A stretch of 64,000 bases of DNA, from IMG/VR virus record IMGVR_UViG_3300030010_000003, one strand, 5' to 3'. The translations under genes and the position numbers were made by a program. Numbering within the stretch: the first letter of the stretch is position 1; every line of letters begins with the position of its first letter. The stretch comes from an uncultured virus (IMG/VR IMGVR_UViG_3300030010_000003) (Duplodnaviria > Heunggongvirae > Uroviricota > Caudoviricetes). The notes under the pieces are model-generated. The model was not told where the DNA came from. It did no database searches and worked only from the letters and a program-made list of their open reading frames with translations. Below are positions 35,123-44,600 of the stretch, one piece after another.

Positions 35123-36460
35123 TCAGTAGGTGTAGACCACCATGTAGCCCGTTCCCCCGGCTCCACCGTTGCCTCCGAGGCCCGGGTTCATCCCGACGCC
35201 GCCACCGCCCCCACCTCCACCACCGAGCCCACCATTGCCGCCGTTACCTCCAGCAGCGCTTGCGAACTGGGTGACGCCACCGCCACCACCCCCGCACCCA
35301 CCCTGCATGGTGTTGGCAGCAGCTCCAGCGGTTCCGGCTCCAGCAGACCCTGTGGTCGAGTCCGTGCCGACAGCGCCACCGTTGCCTGCCGTGTACGTCC
35401 CGGACTTCCCTCCGTTGCCTCCGGCGATGTTGGTGGTCGTGGCCGAGTGGGATCCTCCTGCGCCACCCCCGGATCCGCCCTTCAGGGAAGACCCTCCGTG
35501 GCTGCTGGCCACCGGGGTGGCCGCGATGCCTGCGCCTCCGGCACCTCCGAACTCTGCGTTGGCTGTGGTTGCCACAGCTGCGGTGCCCGTAACTCCTGCG
35601 CCGCCTGCGCCGTTGGTGCCTGCCGTGGGAACACCTCCGGACCCTCCCGAGGTAGACCCGACGCTGCCCTGACCGCCTGCACCACCCCCACCGCCGCCAC
35701 CTGTGACGACAGCCGTGATCGCTCCACCGTTGCCACCCCCGCCGCCGTATGCGGTCACGTAGGACCCGAAGGTCGTGTTGCCGCCAGCGCCTCCGTTACC
35801 ACCAGCTGCACCAGCTGCACCACGGGCTCCAGCAGTGCCTGCGGTGCCGAGCCCAACAGCCACAGTGGAGGAAAGCTCAGAGGCAGCCATGACCCTGTGG
35901 ACGCAACATCCTCCTCCTCCGCCGCCGCCACCCTTGGCAACGACCGCAGTGGCCAGAGAAGCTCCTGCACCACCGCCACCACCGCCGCCGATGGCCTCCA
36001 CGATCACGACCTTGGGGGTGAAGGAGGTCGGCATGGTCCACGTTCCACCCACGGTGAAGATCTGGACGTCGGCGTTGCCCAAGCCACCTGCGGAGAGAGG
36101 AATGCCTGCCGAGTTCGAGTGGGAGACGCCGACACCGTCCATGAACGCCATGCGCTCACCGGCAGCGAGGAGGGTGTTCTCGATGTCGTAGGAGGTCGCT
36201 CCGACCTTCTTGCGGATGGTGACCGAACTCGCAGTGGTGGCGTGCTTGTTGCTGATCGAGATCCACTTGATGGCTCGTGTGGTGGAGACATCCGGGGCGT
36301 CACAGATGGTGGTGGTGGTGGCGGTGTTGATGGCGATCTCGTGAGAGCCCGGGAGGGCTCCGGTGTCGGTGAGGTCCGCGTAGGTGACCACCACGTCGAG
36401 GGTGGCCGTCGAGCTGGTCACCAACTCCAGCAGCTGGTCGGTCGCAGAGAGAATGATCAC
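35123..36460 (-). CDS. Glycine-rich virion accessory protein
   Basis: FTVGGTWTMP..VEAIGGGGGGG..GYMVVYTY glycine-rich domain. Confidence 0.7.
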   Translation of the reverse strand: MIILSATDQLLELVTSSTATLDVVVTYADLTDTGALPGSHEIAINTATTTTICDAPDVSTTRAIKWISISNKHATTASSVTIRKKVGATSYDIENTLLAAGERMAFMDGVGVSHSNSAGIPLSAGGLGNADVQIFTVGGTWTMPTSFTPKVVIVEAIGGGGGGGAGASLATAVVAKGGGGGGGGCCVHRVMAASELSSTVAVGLGTAGTAGARGAAGAAGGNGGAGGNTTFGSYVTAYGGGGGNGGAITAVVTGGGGGGGAGGQGSVGSTSGGSGGVPTAGTNGAGGAGVTGTAAVATTANAEFGGAGGAGIAATPVASSHGGSSLKGGSGGGAGGSHSATTTNIAGGNGGKSGTYTAGNGGAVGTDSTTGSAGAGTAGAAANTMQGGCGGGGGGVTQFASAAGGNGGNGGLGGGGGGGGGVGMNPGLGGNGGAGGTGYMVVYTY

Positions 36461-36464
36461 GGAA

Positions 36465-37265
36465 CTACACCCCTATCCACATGCGCGCCGCAACCTGCGG
36501 GGCGGTCAATCCAGCGGCTGGAGCATCGGCCCAGATGATGTCGAAGTCTCCGTCGCTGTTCTTGGTCAACACCTGCCCTGTCCCCCCAGCTATTGGGATC
36601 GGATGGGAGGCCGTGGAGAACGCTGTCCAGCTAACGTAGTCCTGATCTGGGGGAAGGTTCCCGGGCACTGATGATGCGACAGCACTCGTGCAGTACCAGA
36701 AGTCTGTGGCTCCGACGGAGTACCGGACCACCTTCCCGATGCTGTAGGCGTTGTTCGCATTCCAGCCGGTGTTGTCCACGGTGACGAACCCGGGCACCCA
36801 GCCAATACCTCCACCCCCGTACAGCAGGACCGAGTTCTCTTCAGGCCCCATGAGGGTCTGTGCTTCGAGAGAGGCGGCGGTTTTTCCTGCGGTGAGCAGC
36901 ACCCAGAGAGCACTGGCGGAGTTGGCTTCCATCGAGGGCACGTAGCCCGTCCCGGTACCCGTCATCACAAACAGGTAGGAATCCTGAAACTCAACCGGGG
37001 CGTGGTTGACGACATCCCCTGTGGTGTACTCCGTGCCGATGTCGTAGGTGCCCCGGTACACGAGTGTTCCGAAACTGCCTCCTACGCCCCCCGTAGGGTC
37101 AGCCCATGAGACCGCGTAGTCCGTGCCTGAGGTCTTCTCCAGCACCTGACCAGTCGTGCCACCCACCGGGACCCCATGGATCTTGGCGTTGAGCGCGTTC
37201 AGCTTCTCCGCAGCCTTGGAGATGAGGCTGGAGAGCTGGCTCAGGGTGACGAACTCGACGGCCAT
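36465..37265 (-). CDS. Fibre/carbohydrate-binding virion accessory protein
   Basis: PVGGTTGQVL.K.S repeats; YRGTYD..YTTGDVV and W..NAYSIGKVV CBM-like motifs. Confidence 0.6.
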   Translation of the reverse strand: MAVEFVTLSQLSSLISKAAEKLNALNAKIHGVPVGGTTGQVLEKTSGTDYAVSWADPTGGVGGSFGTLVYRGTYDIGTEYTTGDVVNHAPVEFQDSYLFVMTGTGTGYVPSMEANSASALWVLLTAGKTAASLEAQTLMGPEENSVLLYGGGGIGWVPGFVTVDNTGWNANNAYSIGKVVRYSVGATDFWYCTSAVASSVPGNLPPDQDYVSWTAFSTASHPIPIAGGTGQVLTKNSDGDFDIIWADAPAAGLTAPQVAARMWIGV

Positions 37266-37756
37266 CAGATGCCTGTGGTGGCTGCTTCGAGGGCGGCGGC
37301 GAGGTCAGTGACGGACACGGTGATGCCCGCGTTGGCAAGCAGCTGGGTCTGCTGGGGACCGGTCAGCGTCTGGGTGGTGTCGAACTGGAGCCGATTGCCG
37401 ATGGCGGTGGTCAGCGCAGTCATCCCGGAGGCGTCAGCCGTGATGAGGTCCTGAAGCTCCTTCAGGGTGTCGTAGGCCCCACCTGCGCCCCCGAGGATCT
37501 CGGTCTTCAGTGCCGCCAGTGCGGAGGTGACCTTGGAGCCCGACCACGCCGTGGTGGTGTTGGCCGCTGCGTCGTTGATCAGGGCTGCGGAGGCGAGCAG
37601 ACCTTGAAGCTCGTTGATGGCCGCAACCAGCGAGCCCTTGGCGGTCGTGGTCAGCGAGGTCAGGGAACCGATCCTGCTCGCGAGGGTGTTCAGCTTGGCT
37701 GCGATCTTCGCGTTGAGCGCGTCGAGCTGGGCCTTGGTCGTGAACTCTACAGCCAT
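37265..37756 (-). CDS. Fibre-like virion accessory protein
   Basis: LTTTAKGSLVAAINEL, WSGSK, GAYDTLKEL, LTGPQQTQ motifs. Confidence 0.6.
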   Translation of the reverse strand: MAVEFTTKAQLDALNAKIAAKLNTLASRIGSLTSLTTTAKGSLVAAINELQGLLASAALINDAAANTTTAWSGSKVTSALAALKTEILGGAGGAYDTLKELQDLITADASGMTALTTAIGNRLQFDTTQTLTGPQQTQLLANAGITVSVTDLAAALEAATTGI

Positions 37757-37769
37757 CGTTCCTTCTCCT

Positions 37770-38030
37770 TCAGATCCCGGGAGTCATGGCGTCGAGCCAA
37801 TCCTCGAATGCGGTGGTGGACACCACGTTCGGATGTGGGTCCGTGCTCTCTATGTGATCGACCAAAGCAAGTGCCGTAGTGGTATCTGAAGGTCCTACGG
37901 GGCCTTCTGGTCCTTCGGATCCCTGTGGGCCGAAGGAGTCCTCGAAGACCTCCACGACCTCAGTGGTGTCCACGAAGATTTCAACGATGGGGTCGTCACT
38001 GGCAGCTATTTCGAGAAATACCTCGTCCAC
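37770..38030 (-). CDS. Small protein with a collagen-like GPxG repeat
   Basis: GPQGSEGPEGPVGPS; HIESTDPHP. Confidence 0.55.
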   Translation of the reverse strand: MDEVFLEIAASDDPIVEIFVDTTEVVEVFEDSFGPQGSEGPEGPVGPSDTTTALALVDHIESTDPHPNVVSTTAFEDWLDAMTPGI

Positions 38031-38040
38031 GACACACCCC

Positions 38041-38382
38041 CTAGTAGGTCGAGCGGGACACATCCTTCTGGACGGCGGTCGTGCCCTTCCCGAAGGTCTT
38101 CACCCGCCCGTCGTCCATGTTGGTGCCTTGCAAATCCCAGACCCCGGCGCTCATGGTCTCGGTGGTTGCAGAAGGGATCGAGAGAGTGAGGATGCCCTGC
38201 GCGGCCCGGGTGGTGTCGACGGTGATGGTGGCCATGACGGTGTCGGCGTCGGCGTCCTTGCGGGCCTGTGCGAGCCACGACCACTGGGACAGGTCGAGAG
38301 GCTCCCCAGTGGTCTTGTCCTTGAGCCGGATGGTCTTGGAGAAGGTGTCTCCTCGCACGGGCTTCAGGTCCAGTACGAACAT
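38041..38382 (-). CDS. BppU-like Ig-fold virion protein
   Basis: RGDTF..PLDLS..AQAR..GILTLSI..T..WDLQ..G. Confidence 0.65.
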   Translation of the reverse strand: MFVLDLKPVRGDTFSKTIRLKDKTTGEPLDLSQWSWLAQARKDADADTVMATITVDTTRAAQGILTLSIPSATTETMSAGVWDLQGTNMDDGRVKTFGKGTTAVQKDVSRSTY

Positions 38383-38404
38383 CACTCCTCCTCTCGTCAC
38401 TACT

Positions 38405-38415
38405 GAAGATCGGCC
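38405..38415 (-). promoter_or_regulatory. Late-class promoter motif GGCCGATCTTC
   Basis: Exact copy just downstream of the capsid terminator. Confidence 0.75.
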
Positions 38416-38426
38416 TAGACAGGGGA

Positions 38427-38452
38427 AGGGCCCCCACCGAAGTGGGAGCCCT
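38427..38452 (-). terminator. Hairpin terminator/stabiliser after the capsid gene
   Basis: AGGGCTCCCAC-TTCG-GTGGGGGCCCT (cUUCGg loop), followed by a pyrimidine-rich tail. Confidence 0.65.
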
Positions 38453-38469
38453 CCTTGGGGTTGGAGCGA

Positions 38470-39528
38470 TCAGGCCGGGGTGACGTCCGCGACGTACACG
38501 AACTGCTCGGGCCGGGTGATGACCGGCAGGATGTTCCACTCCAGCAGGTACTGCCGAGCCGACGGGTCCTTGTCCTTCCACGTCTTGGCGAACTTGCCGG
38601 TGTAGCCGTCCGGAGCCTCGTCGTCAGCGGTGGGGCCGACGAACAGCTCGATGGGGCGGTTCTCCGTGAAGTTGCCGATCAGCAGGGCGTCGTCAGCGAA
38701 GAAGCGCTGCTCGGCGGACGGGATGGTCGGGTTGGAGGTGTAGGCCGCGCCGACAGCATCGAACACTGCCTCCTGCGGCTTCCAGCTGAGGCCCATGAAG
38801 CCCGGCAGGATGCCGGTCTGGTAGTACTGGTCCTTCATCCGGTCGGAGAGCAGGATGCCACCGGCAGTGCCGGGGGAAGCTGCGCCGACGTTGGCGAAGG
38901 CGTTGAAGATGTGCGCCATCGTGACCTCGGTGGCGTACGCCTCGACTGCCGGGACCCGACCGTCGCGGGTGATGAGCCGCTTGAGGGCGCGGATGTCCTC
39001 GACGATGGCACCCGGGGTGGCCGTGGCCCACGAGCCCGCGACCGACGCCTTGTGCGACGGCAGGAACTTGTAGTCGACGGTCGCCTGAACGTCCGGGTAG
39101 TCGAGGGTCAGCGTGCCGGTGAGGGCCTGCCAGATCAGGAACTCGGCGAAGTTGTCGAAGCGCTGGTTGAGGTCCTTGACCTCACGCAGCACCGACTCCT
39201 CGGCGCGGGTCTTGCTCAGGTCGCTGATGGAGTTCGCGGCCTGACGCAGCCAGTGCAGCGTGGTGGGCTCGAAGACCTTCTTCTCGCGAAGGTAGACGAA
39301 CGCCGCGCTCTGCTGCGAACGACCGAGCCGGGGCACGATGTGTGCTTCGGAGTTCGGGATGTTCGGGCGGGCGATGGCGCGGGAGCCCCGGATGACTTCC
39401 CACTGCACGGAGGGGAAGGGGTGGGGGGTCTGCGGGACGCGGCTGAGCATCTCCAGCGACTCGGGAGCCGTGAAGCGCTCGACCACACCACGAAGAACCG
39501 TGGGCTGGAGCAGGGAGATCTCGGGCAC
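38470..39528 (-). CDS. Major capsid protein (lambda gpE-like)
   Basis: EFLIWQALTG..VDY..W..IVEDI; WKDKDPS..ILPV; follows the decoration gene; GTG start with GAAAGGA RBS. Confidence 0.88.
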   Translation of the reverse strand: MPEISLLQPTVLRGVVERFTAPESLEMLSRVPQTPHPFPSVQWEVIRGSRAIARPNIPNSEAHIVPRLGRSQQSAAFVYLREKKVFEPTTLHWLRQAANSISDLSKTRAEESVLREVKDLNQRFDNFAEFLIWQALTGTLTLDYPDVQATVDYKFLPSHKASVAGSWATATPGAIVEDIRALKRLITRDGRVPAVEAYATEVTMAHIFNAFANVGAASPGTAGGILLSDRMKDQYYQTGILPGFMGLSWKPQEAVFDAVGAAYTSNPTIPSAEQRFFADDALLIGNFTENRPIELFVGPTADDEAPDGYTGKFAKTWKDKDPSARQYLLEWNILPVITRPEQFVYVADVTPA

Positions 39529-39720
39529 TGAAGTTGTCCTTTCGTCGCGCCAGAGTAGTTTCTGGGAAGTCAGCGACACCGGCTTAGGTGCCCGATCTGC
39601 GGCCCGGATTGGCTACCGGTCACTTGCCTGATCTGGTGTTGAGTTGGCCTTTCGAGCTACTCAGGATCAGGAGGGGGAAGCCCCCTCCATCACCTCAGAA
39701 TCCCGACCGGGAGGTAGTGC

Positions 39721-40110
39721 TCAGAACTTGAAGAAGCCCAGCACCGTGTTGACCTGTGCGCCGAGCACCGAGGTCAGGGTGACCCCGGAGTTGGCGGCGG
39801 AGACCTTGTCGAGCTTCAACATGCCCATGAGGACGATGTTGGCTGCCCAGCGCTGGCCGTTGGCATCGGAGCCGGTGTTGACGCTCTTGCGGAGAACGCC
39901 CTCGGGTGCCGTGGTCGTGGCCACGTACATCTTGGTGCCCGGGTCCTGCTTGATGAAGGTGCCGAGCTTGAGGACGCCCTGCCCCGGCTTGAGGGTGACG
40001 CCCTTCTGGGTGTAGGCGACGGTCGAGTAGAGCAGCTCGTCATCGACGGTGGTGTCGGAGCTGACGTAGCCGGGACCCGGGATCGAGTTGCCGTAGTATT
40101 CGGTGGTCAT
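39721..40110 (-). CDS. Head decoration protein
   Basis: GVTLKPGQGVLKLGT..GVL; position between scaffold and capsid. Confidence 0.7.
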   Translation of the reverse strand: MTTEYYGNSIPGPGYVSSDTTVDDELLYSTVAYTQKGVTLKPGQGVLKLGTFIKQDPGTKMYVATTTAPEGVLRKSVNTGSDANGQRWAANIVLMGMLKLDKVSAANSGVTLTSVLGAQVNTVLGFFKF

Positions 40111-40155
40111 TTCTGGTGTTCTCCTTCTGAGAGTTCTGGTCGGGTCTGCTGAGTA

Positions 40156-41247
40156 CTACGAGCGCACGTACGCGGCGGTCTGGCTGTCGGCAACGGCGCT
40201 GAGGCGAGCGATCTCGTCCTCCACCGTCTTGTCGTGTGCGTCGTCGATGACCTCTGCGCCACCCTCTGCGGAGAGCTTGACGATGGGGTTCTCGGGGACG
40301 ATCTTGTCGAACAGCTCGGCGTTGGAGAGCTTCAGCTCGACCATGGCCTCCTTGTTCTTCGGGAGGATGTGGCCGGAGAGGACCAGCTTCTCGACCTCTG
40401 CCTCGGCAGCGGCCTTTGCACCGCTCTCGATCAGGGTGTCGACCTTGGCGGTCAGGGCGACGATCTTGTTGCCCGCTTCGGCGACAGCGCCGATGAGGAC
40501 CTCAGCAGAGACCGTCTCGTCGGTGTTGCTCAGGGTCAGGAGGCCGGTACCAACCAGCTCCTCCTGAATCTTGTTGCTCAGGGCGACAGACGCTTCCGCC
40601 GTCGCTGCCAGCGCCTGAAGGGCGGTCACGTCGATGCCGTGGTCAGCCTTGAGAGCGGCGAGCGTCTCTTCCAGAGTCATGAAGTTCTCCTCGTTGTCTG
40701 CCGGAGTAAGGACCAGCACCTGCCTATCAAGATCGGCCCCACCACGTGAGGCCGCGATCACTTCCTCGAAACCGTGGAGGTTGGTCACGTAGGGACGGTT
40801 GGTGATGGCTGTGTGCAGGAGGGTCGGACCCACGCGAGAACCGCTGGTGGTGTCCATGTAGTCGAGGTGGAGCATGGCGGAGGCCCCGAGGAGGGTCTTG
40901 CCCATCTTGTCGGCGTCGTCGGTGCGGACGTCGATGTCGACGTAGACCCCGTCGGCCTGCTTCAGGACCTTGATGACCTCGCCGATGTTGCGGTCGGGAT
41001 CCTCGGTGTGCTCGTTGTTGTCCCCCACCTTGGGGACCTGAACGATGTCGGCCACGCCTGCGGCGAAGTTGGCGATGAGGACGTCAGCGAACTTCTCGTC
41101 GACCTTGACGGAGCCACCCTTGACGCCCGGGTACTTCAGCTCGCCGTAGTGGAGGATCTGCTTTCGGAAAACACGCCCGGAGCTGGACCGCGCCAGCTCG
41201 ACGAAGCGAGAGCCTCGCGGGCCGGGTACGACTACGAACTCATCCAT
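40156..41247 (-). CDS. Capsid maturation protease/scaffold (Mu gpI-like) with a probable nested scaffold start at 40680
   Basis: NEH..G, S, GPTLLHTAITNRPY; helical C-terminal half; internal GAGGAG RBS + ATG. Confidence 0.8.
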   Translation of the reverse strand: MDEFVVVPGPRGSRFVELARSSSGRVFRKQILHYGELKYPGVKGGSVKVDEKFADVLIANFAAGVADIVQVPKVGDNNEHTEDPDRNIGEVIKVLKQADGVYVDIDVRTDDADKMGKTLLGASAMLHLDYMDTTSGSRVGPTLLHTAITNRPYVTNLHGFEEVIAASRGGADLDRQVLVLTPADNEENFMTLEETLAALKADHGIDVTALQALAATAEASVALSNKIQEELVGTGLLTLSNTDETVSAEVLIGAVAEAGNKIVALTAKVDTLIESGAKAAAEAEVEKLVLSGHILPKNKEAMVELKLSNAELFDKIVPENPIVKLSAEGGAEVIDDAHDKTVEDEIARLSAVADSQTAAYVRS

Positions 41248-41253
41248 GCCTGA

Positions 41254-41264
41254 GAAGATCGGCC
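41254..41264 (-). promoter_or_regulatory. Late-class promoter motif; leaderless start of the protease gene
   Basis: GGCCGATCTTC-6nt-ATG with no RBS. Confidence 0.75.
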
Positions 41265-41678
41265 TCAGGCCACAGGAGGTGTGCCCTCCACGGGAGCTGG
41301 GGTGGCCTCAGGAGCCGGAGCTGCATCTGACTGCGAAGGGTCGGCGGGCTTGGTCGGCTCGAAGTCAGTGTCCCCGAAGAGTCCGGCATCCTCCACCGGC
41401 TGGGGACCCCCGGGCTCCGAGCCCTCCGTCAGGTACTCGTCGTCGTCGTAGTCCACGACCGGAGTGGGGTAGCCGTCGGCCTCCCACTCGGCGTAGGCGT
41501 CCTTCAGGGCCTTCTCAGTGGCCTTGTCGAGGGGCCGGGCATCCTGCACCTGACCGAGGATCGACGCGATGTCGTCGGGCCAGTCGGTGGTAGCCGCGAA
41601 CTCGAAGGGCTTCCCCTCGTCCAGCGACTTGGCGTAGGCCAGCAGGTAGTCCAGAGTCATCGGAGCCGTGTCAGGCAC
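41265..41678 (-). CDS. Acidic hypothetical protein
   Basis: GGAGGAG RBS + GTG overlapping the upstream gene end. Confidence 0.65.
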   Translation of the reverse strand: MPDTAPMTLDYLLAYAKSLDEGKPFEFAATTDWPDDIASILGQVQDARPLDKATEKALKDAYAEWEADGYPTPVVDYDDDEYLTEGSEPGGPQPVEDAGLFGDTDFEPTKPADPSQSDAAPAPEATPAPVEGTPPVA

Positions 41679-44600
41679 GTGTGCTCCTCCCGTTCGTGAA
41701 GTAGTGGTTGAGGTCGTGGATGCCGTAGTACCAGAAGCCGTGGTGGGTGGCTCCACGAGAAGTGTTCCCCAACAGTCTCCACCCAATCGACGGCGGGTGC
41801 TGACGAGTCTTCCCATTGGCGTCGCGAACCTCGCCCAAGTAGCTCAGCTCGCGCTGCAACTCGTACAGACTGCCGTTGCGCTGGGACTCCGGGAGACGCA
41901 GCCAATCGGACATCAGCTTGGCCATCCGTGTGCGGAGGTCCTTCGCCTGCTCCAAGAACTCGTTGTAGTGCGGGAGAGCGCCGGAGTTGATCTCCGCGAT
42001 GACCCTGTCGAGGTTCTGGAGGTGCCCTGCGAACGCCTGCTGGTTCTGGCTCTCGTGGTTCGGGTCGGGCCTGAAGCCGCGACGGATCCACGTGTGGCCA
42101 CCGTTCCATCCGGAGCCAGACAGGCCGTGAACTTCGACCTCCTCGATCCCGTGCTGCCTGTAGAAGGCGAACAGGTGGTCCTGCGTCTCGGCCATGTAGC
42201 CACCGTCGGAGTGCGCTTCGCCGTTCTCCACCCGGGTGCCATTGCTCCGGAAGGAGCGGTTGAGGCGGGTGGTGCCCTTCGGGGTGGTGTAGCTGATGTT
42301 GAAGCCGTAGCTGGTCCCACTGACCGAGACAGAGAAGCGGGTGACCCCAGCCTCGCGCAGGGCGTGCTCGATGCCAGCCTTGAGATCGGCCTCGCCCTCA
42401 GCGGTGTAGAGGTAGTCCTGCATGGGCGTGGTGTTCGTTTCATCAAACCCGACCGAGCTGAGTTCCGGCTTCGGCGCGTCGTAGCGGTTGATGACCTCAG
42501 CACTGACCGGAGTCCACGATCCGGCGCTTGGCCGGTCGATGGTGACTCCACGAGGAGCCCGTGCCGGAGTAGCGCCATTGAGGCTCTCCCCTGCGTAGGT
42601 GAAGGCGGTGCTCCGGTCGATGTTGCGGATCCGGCGTACCGAGCCCCCACTGCGGGAGACCAGCACGCTGCCACGACGCCGCCAGTAGCCTCCGGTGCCC
42701 CACTGGACCCAGTGGTCGTCGGGGACCTGCAAGAGGTTGCGGGCGTCCACGCTGGAGCCCCGGGTCATGCCCACACCGGAGCCCACGGAGGACCGCGTCA
42801 CCGGGGCGTGGTCGCCCATGTAGGTGAACGTGGCGTTGTGCGACGCGACGGTGCTGAAGGGCCAGTTGGTGGACCCGCTGATGTCGGAGATGCCCGACCC
42901 GGTCACGACCCACTCGGTGCCGGAGGACCCACGGATGTGGGAGCCCACCGGGGCTTCCCGGATGTCTGTGCCGTTGAAGGTGCCTCCCGGAGTGAACCGG
43001 GGATCCGAGGGAGCTGCCGTCGCGTCGTTGATGTCGAAGGTGTAGCCGGAGGACATGTAGCTGCTGAAGAAGGACTCGCTCCGGTGGAAGCCGCCGCCGC
43101 TCTCCGTCCGCAGCGTGGGGTCTCCGAACTCGTTGAAGCCTGCCGCGGTGTCGAAGGTATCGCCGCTCCGGTTGGTCACCCGGACGTGGGCACCCTCGGG
43201 CAGGTTGATCAGCTGCTCGGCGGTCGTGGCGCGCGTCAGGCCCGCCTCGGGGACGTCAGGAACGTCCGGCGTAGCCGGGGCGGCAGGCATGGGATCACGG
43301 TGGAAGGAGCCCGTGGAGGCCAGCGAGAAGATGCCCCTGCGGGAGCGAGTCCAGATGGTGCCGTCGGTCAGCTCCAGTCCATCGGAGGTGACGGTGAGCC
43401 GGACGATCTGGCCGTTCGGGTACTTGTACTCGAAGACCGACCCGAGGGGTGCGTTGAGCATCTCGTCGACACTGACCGAGTCCGTGCCGTTCATGCCGTG
43501 CACGACCTCGAAGGTGTTGCCTCCGCCGACAGCGGTGTTCATCCGCTCCTCGGTCAGCGGCCACTCCCGACCGGAGGCCATCCGGATGACCCGGTTGCCG
43601 TGGACGTCCCTGTCGATGGTGGCCATCATGAAGCGGTCATCAATGCCGACCGACCCGTTGACCCTGACCCGGGTCCCGATGGGCTGGTTGACCAGCGAGG
43701 GGACGTCGATGGGGGTAGCAGGCTCCCTCGGGGTGTCCGCGCCACCACGGTCTGCGGGCTCGACAGAGCCGTTCGTCTGGGACGGCTCGGGTGCCGGGGT
43801 GATCTGACCGGTGTCGAAGTTGTAGTCCGGAGGAGGCGGGGTAGCCGCTGCCGGTGCGTTGGGGGCGGCTGCCTCCGGAGCAGGAGTGGTGTCCGGCGTG
43901 GCGGGAGCGTTGCCGTCGGGCAGGTAGAACTCGTAGCCATGCAAGGTCGCCCACGAAGCGACCTCACTCTGATCGAAGGCGTCTCCGGTATTGATGTCGA
44001 CGAACATCCGTCCTCCGGAGCTGTACCTCAGCGTCCGGTCGGAACTGGCGTCCCCACTGTCAGGGTTGTCGTAGGTGACCCGCACCTGACGGTCCCGAGC
44101 CCTGTCGATCAAGGCCAAGGACGTGATGGTGAACCGGGCTCGCCCGTTGTGCTCAGAAGCGGAGAGGTTGGAAGGAGCCCACCCGGTGAGGTCCCGAGCA
44201 GCAGGAGCCTCAGGAGCTGCTGGCGTGGCCGGGATTTCCGGGATGTCCGGGGTGGTCGGAGCAGCAGGAGCGTCTGCCGATCCCTGCGGGGTGTCCCAGC
44301 GGGGCTTGGCCGTCGGGTCGTTGTCGCTGTTGAGGGCAGGCCTCTGGAGCACCGAGTGGTTTCTGAAAACAGGTCCGCTGGCGATGCCGTGGGCGTCCTC
44401 GCGCTGCCACGACTCTTCCTCGGGGATGCCGTAGTAGCCCGGGGGCCGACCTTCCGCCTGCTCCTGAATCATCTGGAGGAAGAGCTTCTTGTTGCGGGTC
44501 TTGTCGTGCTGGCGGGCGGCGGTGATGTTGCCCTGACGGATGCCGTCGCGGTCCCGCTTCATGCCGAAGTAGGCGGCGACGCCGAGGGAGACGTTCATGT

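Noticed and set aside
35123..36000. PE_PGRS-like host gene
   Set aside because: No PE domain; the Gly-rich domain sits in a phage structural context
39640..39672. CTGA...CGAAAG resembling a hammerhead ribozyme core
   Set aside because: No CUGANGA plus the required three stems could be built; kept only as a generic structured RNA
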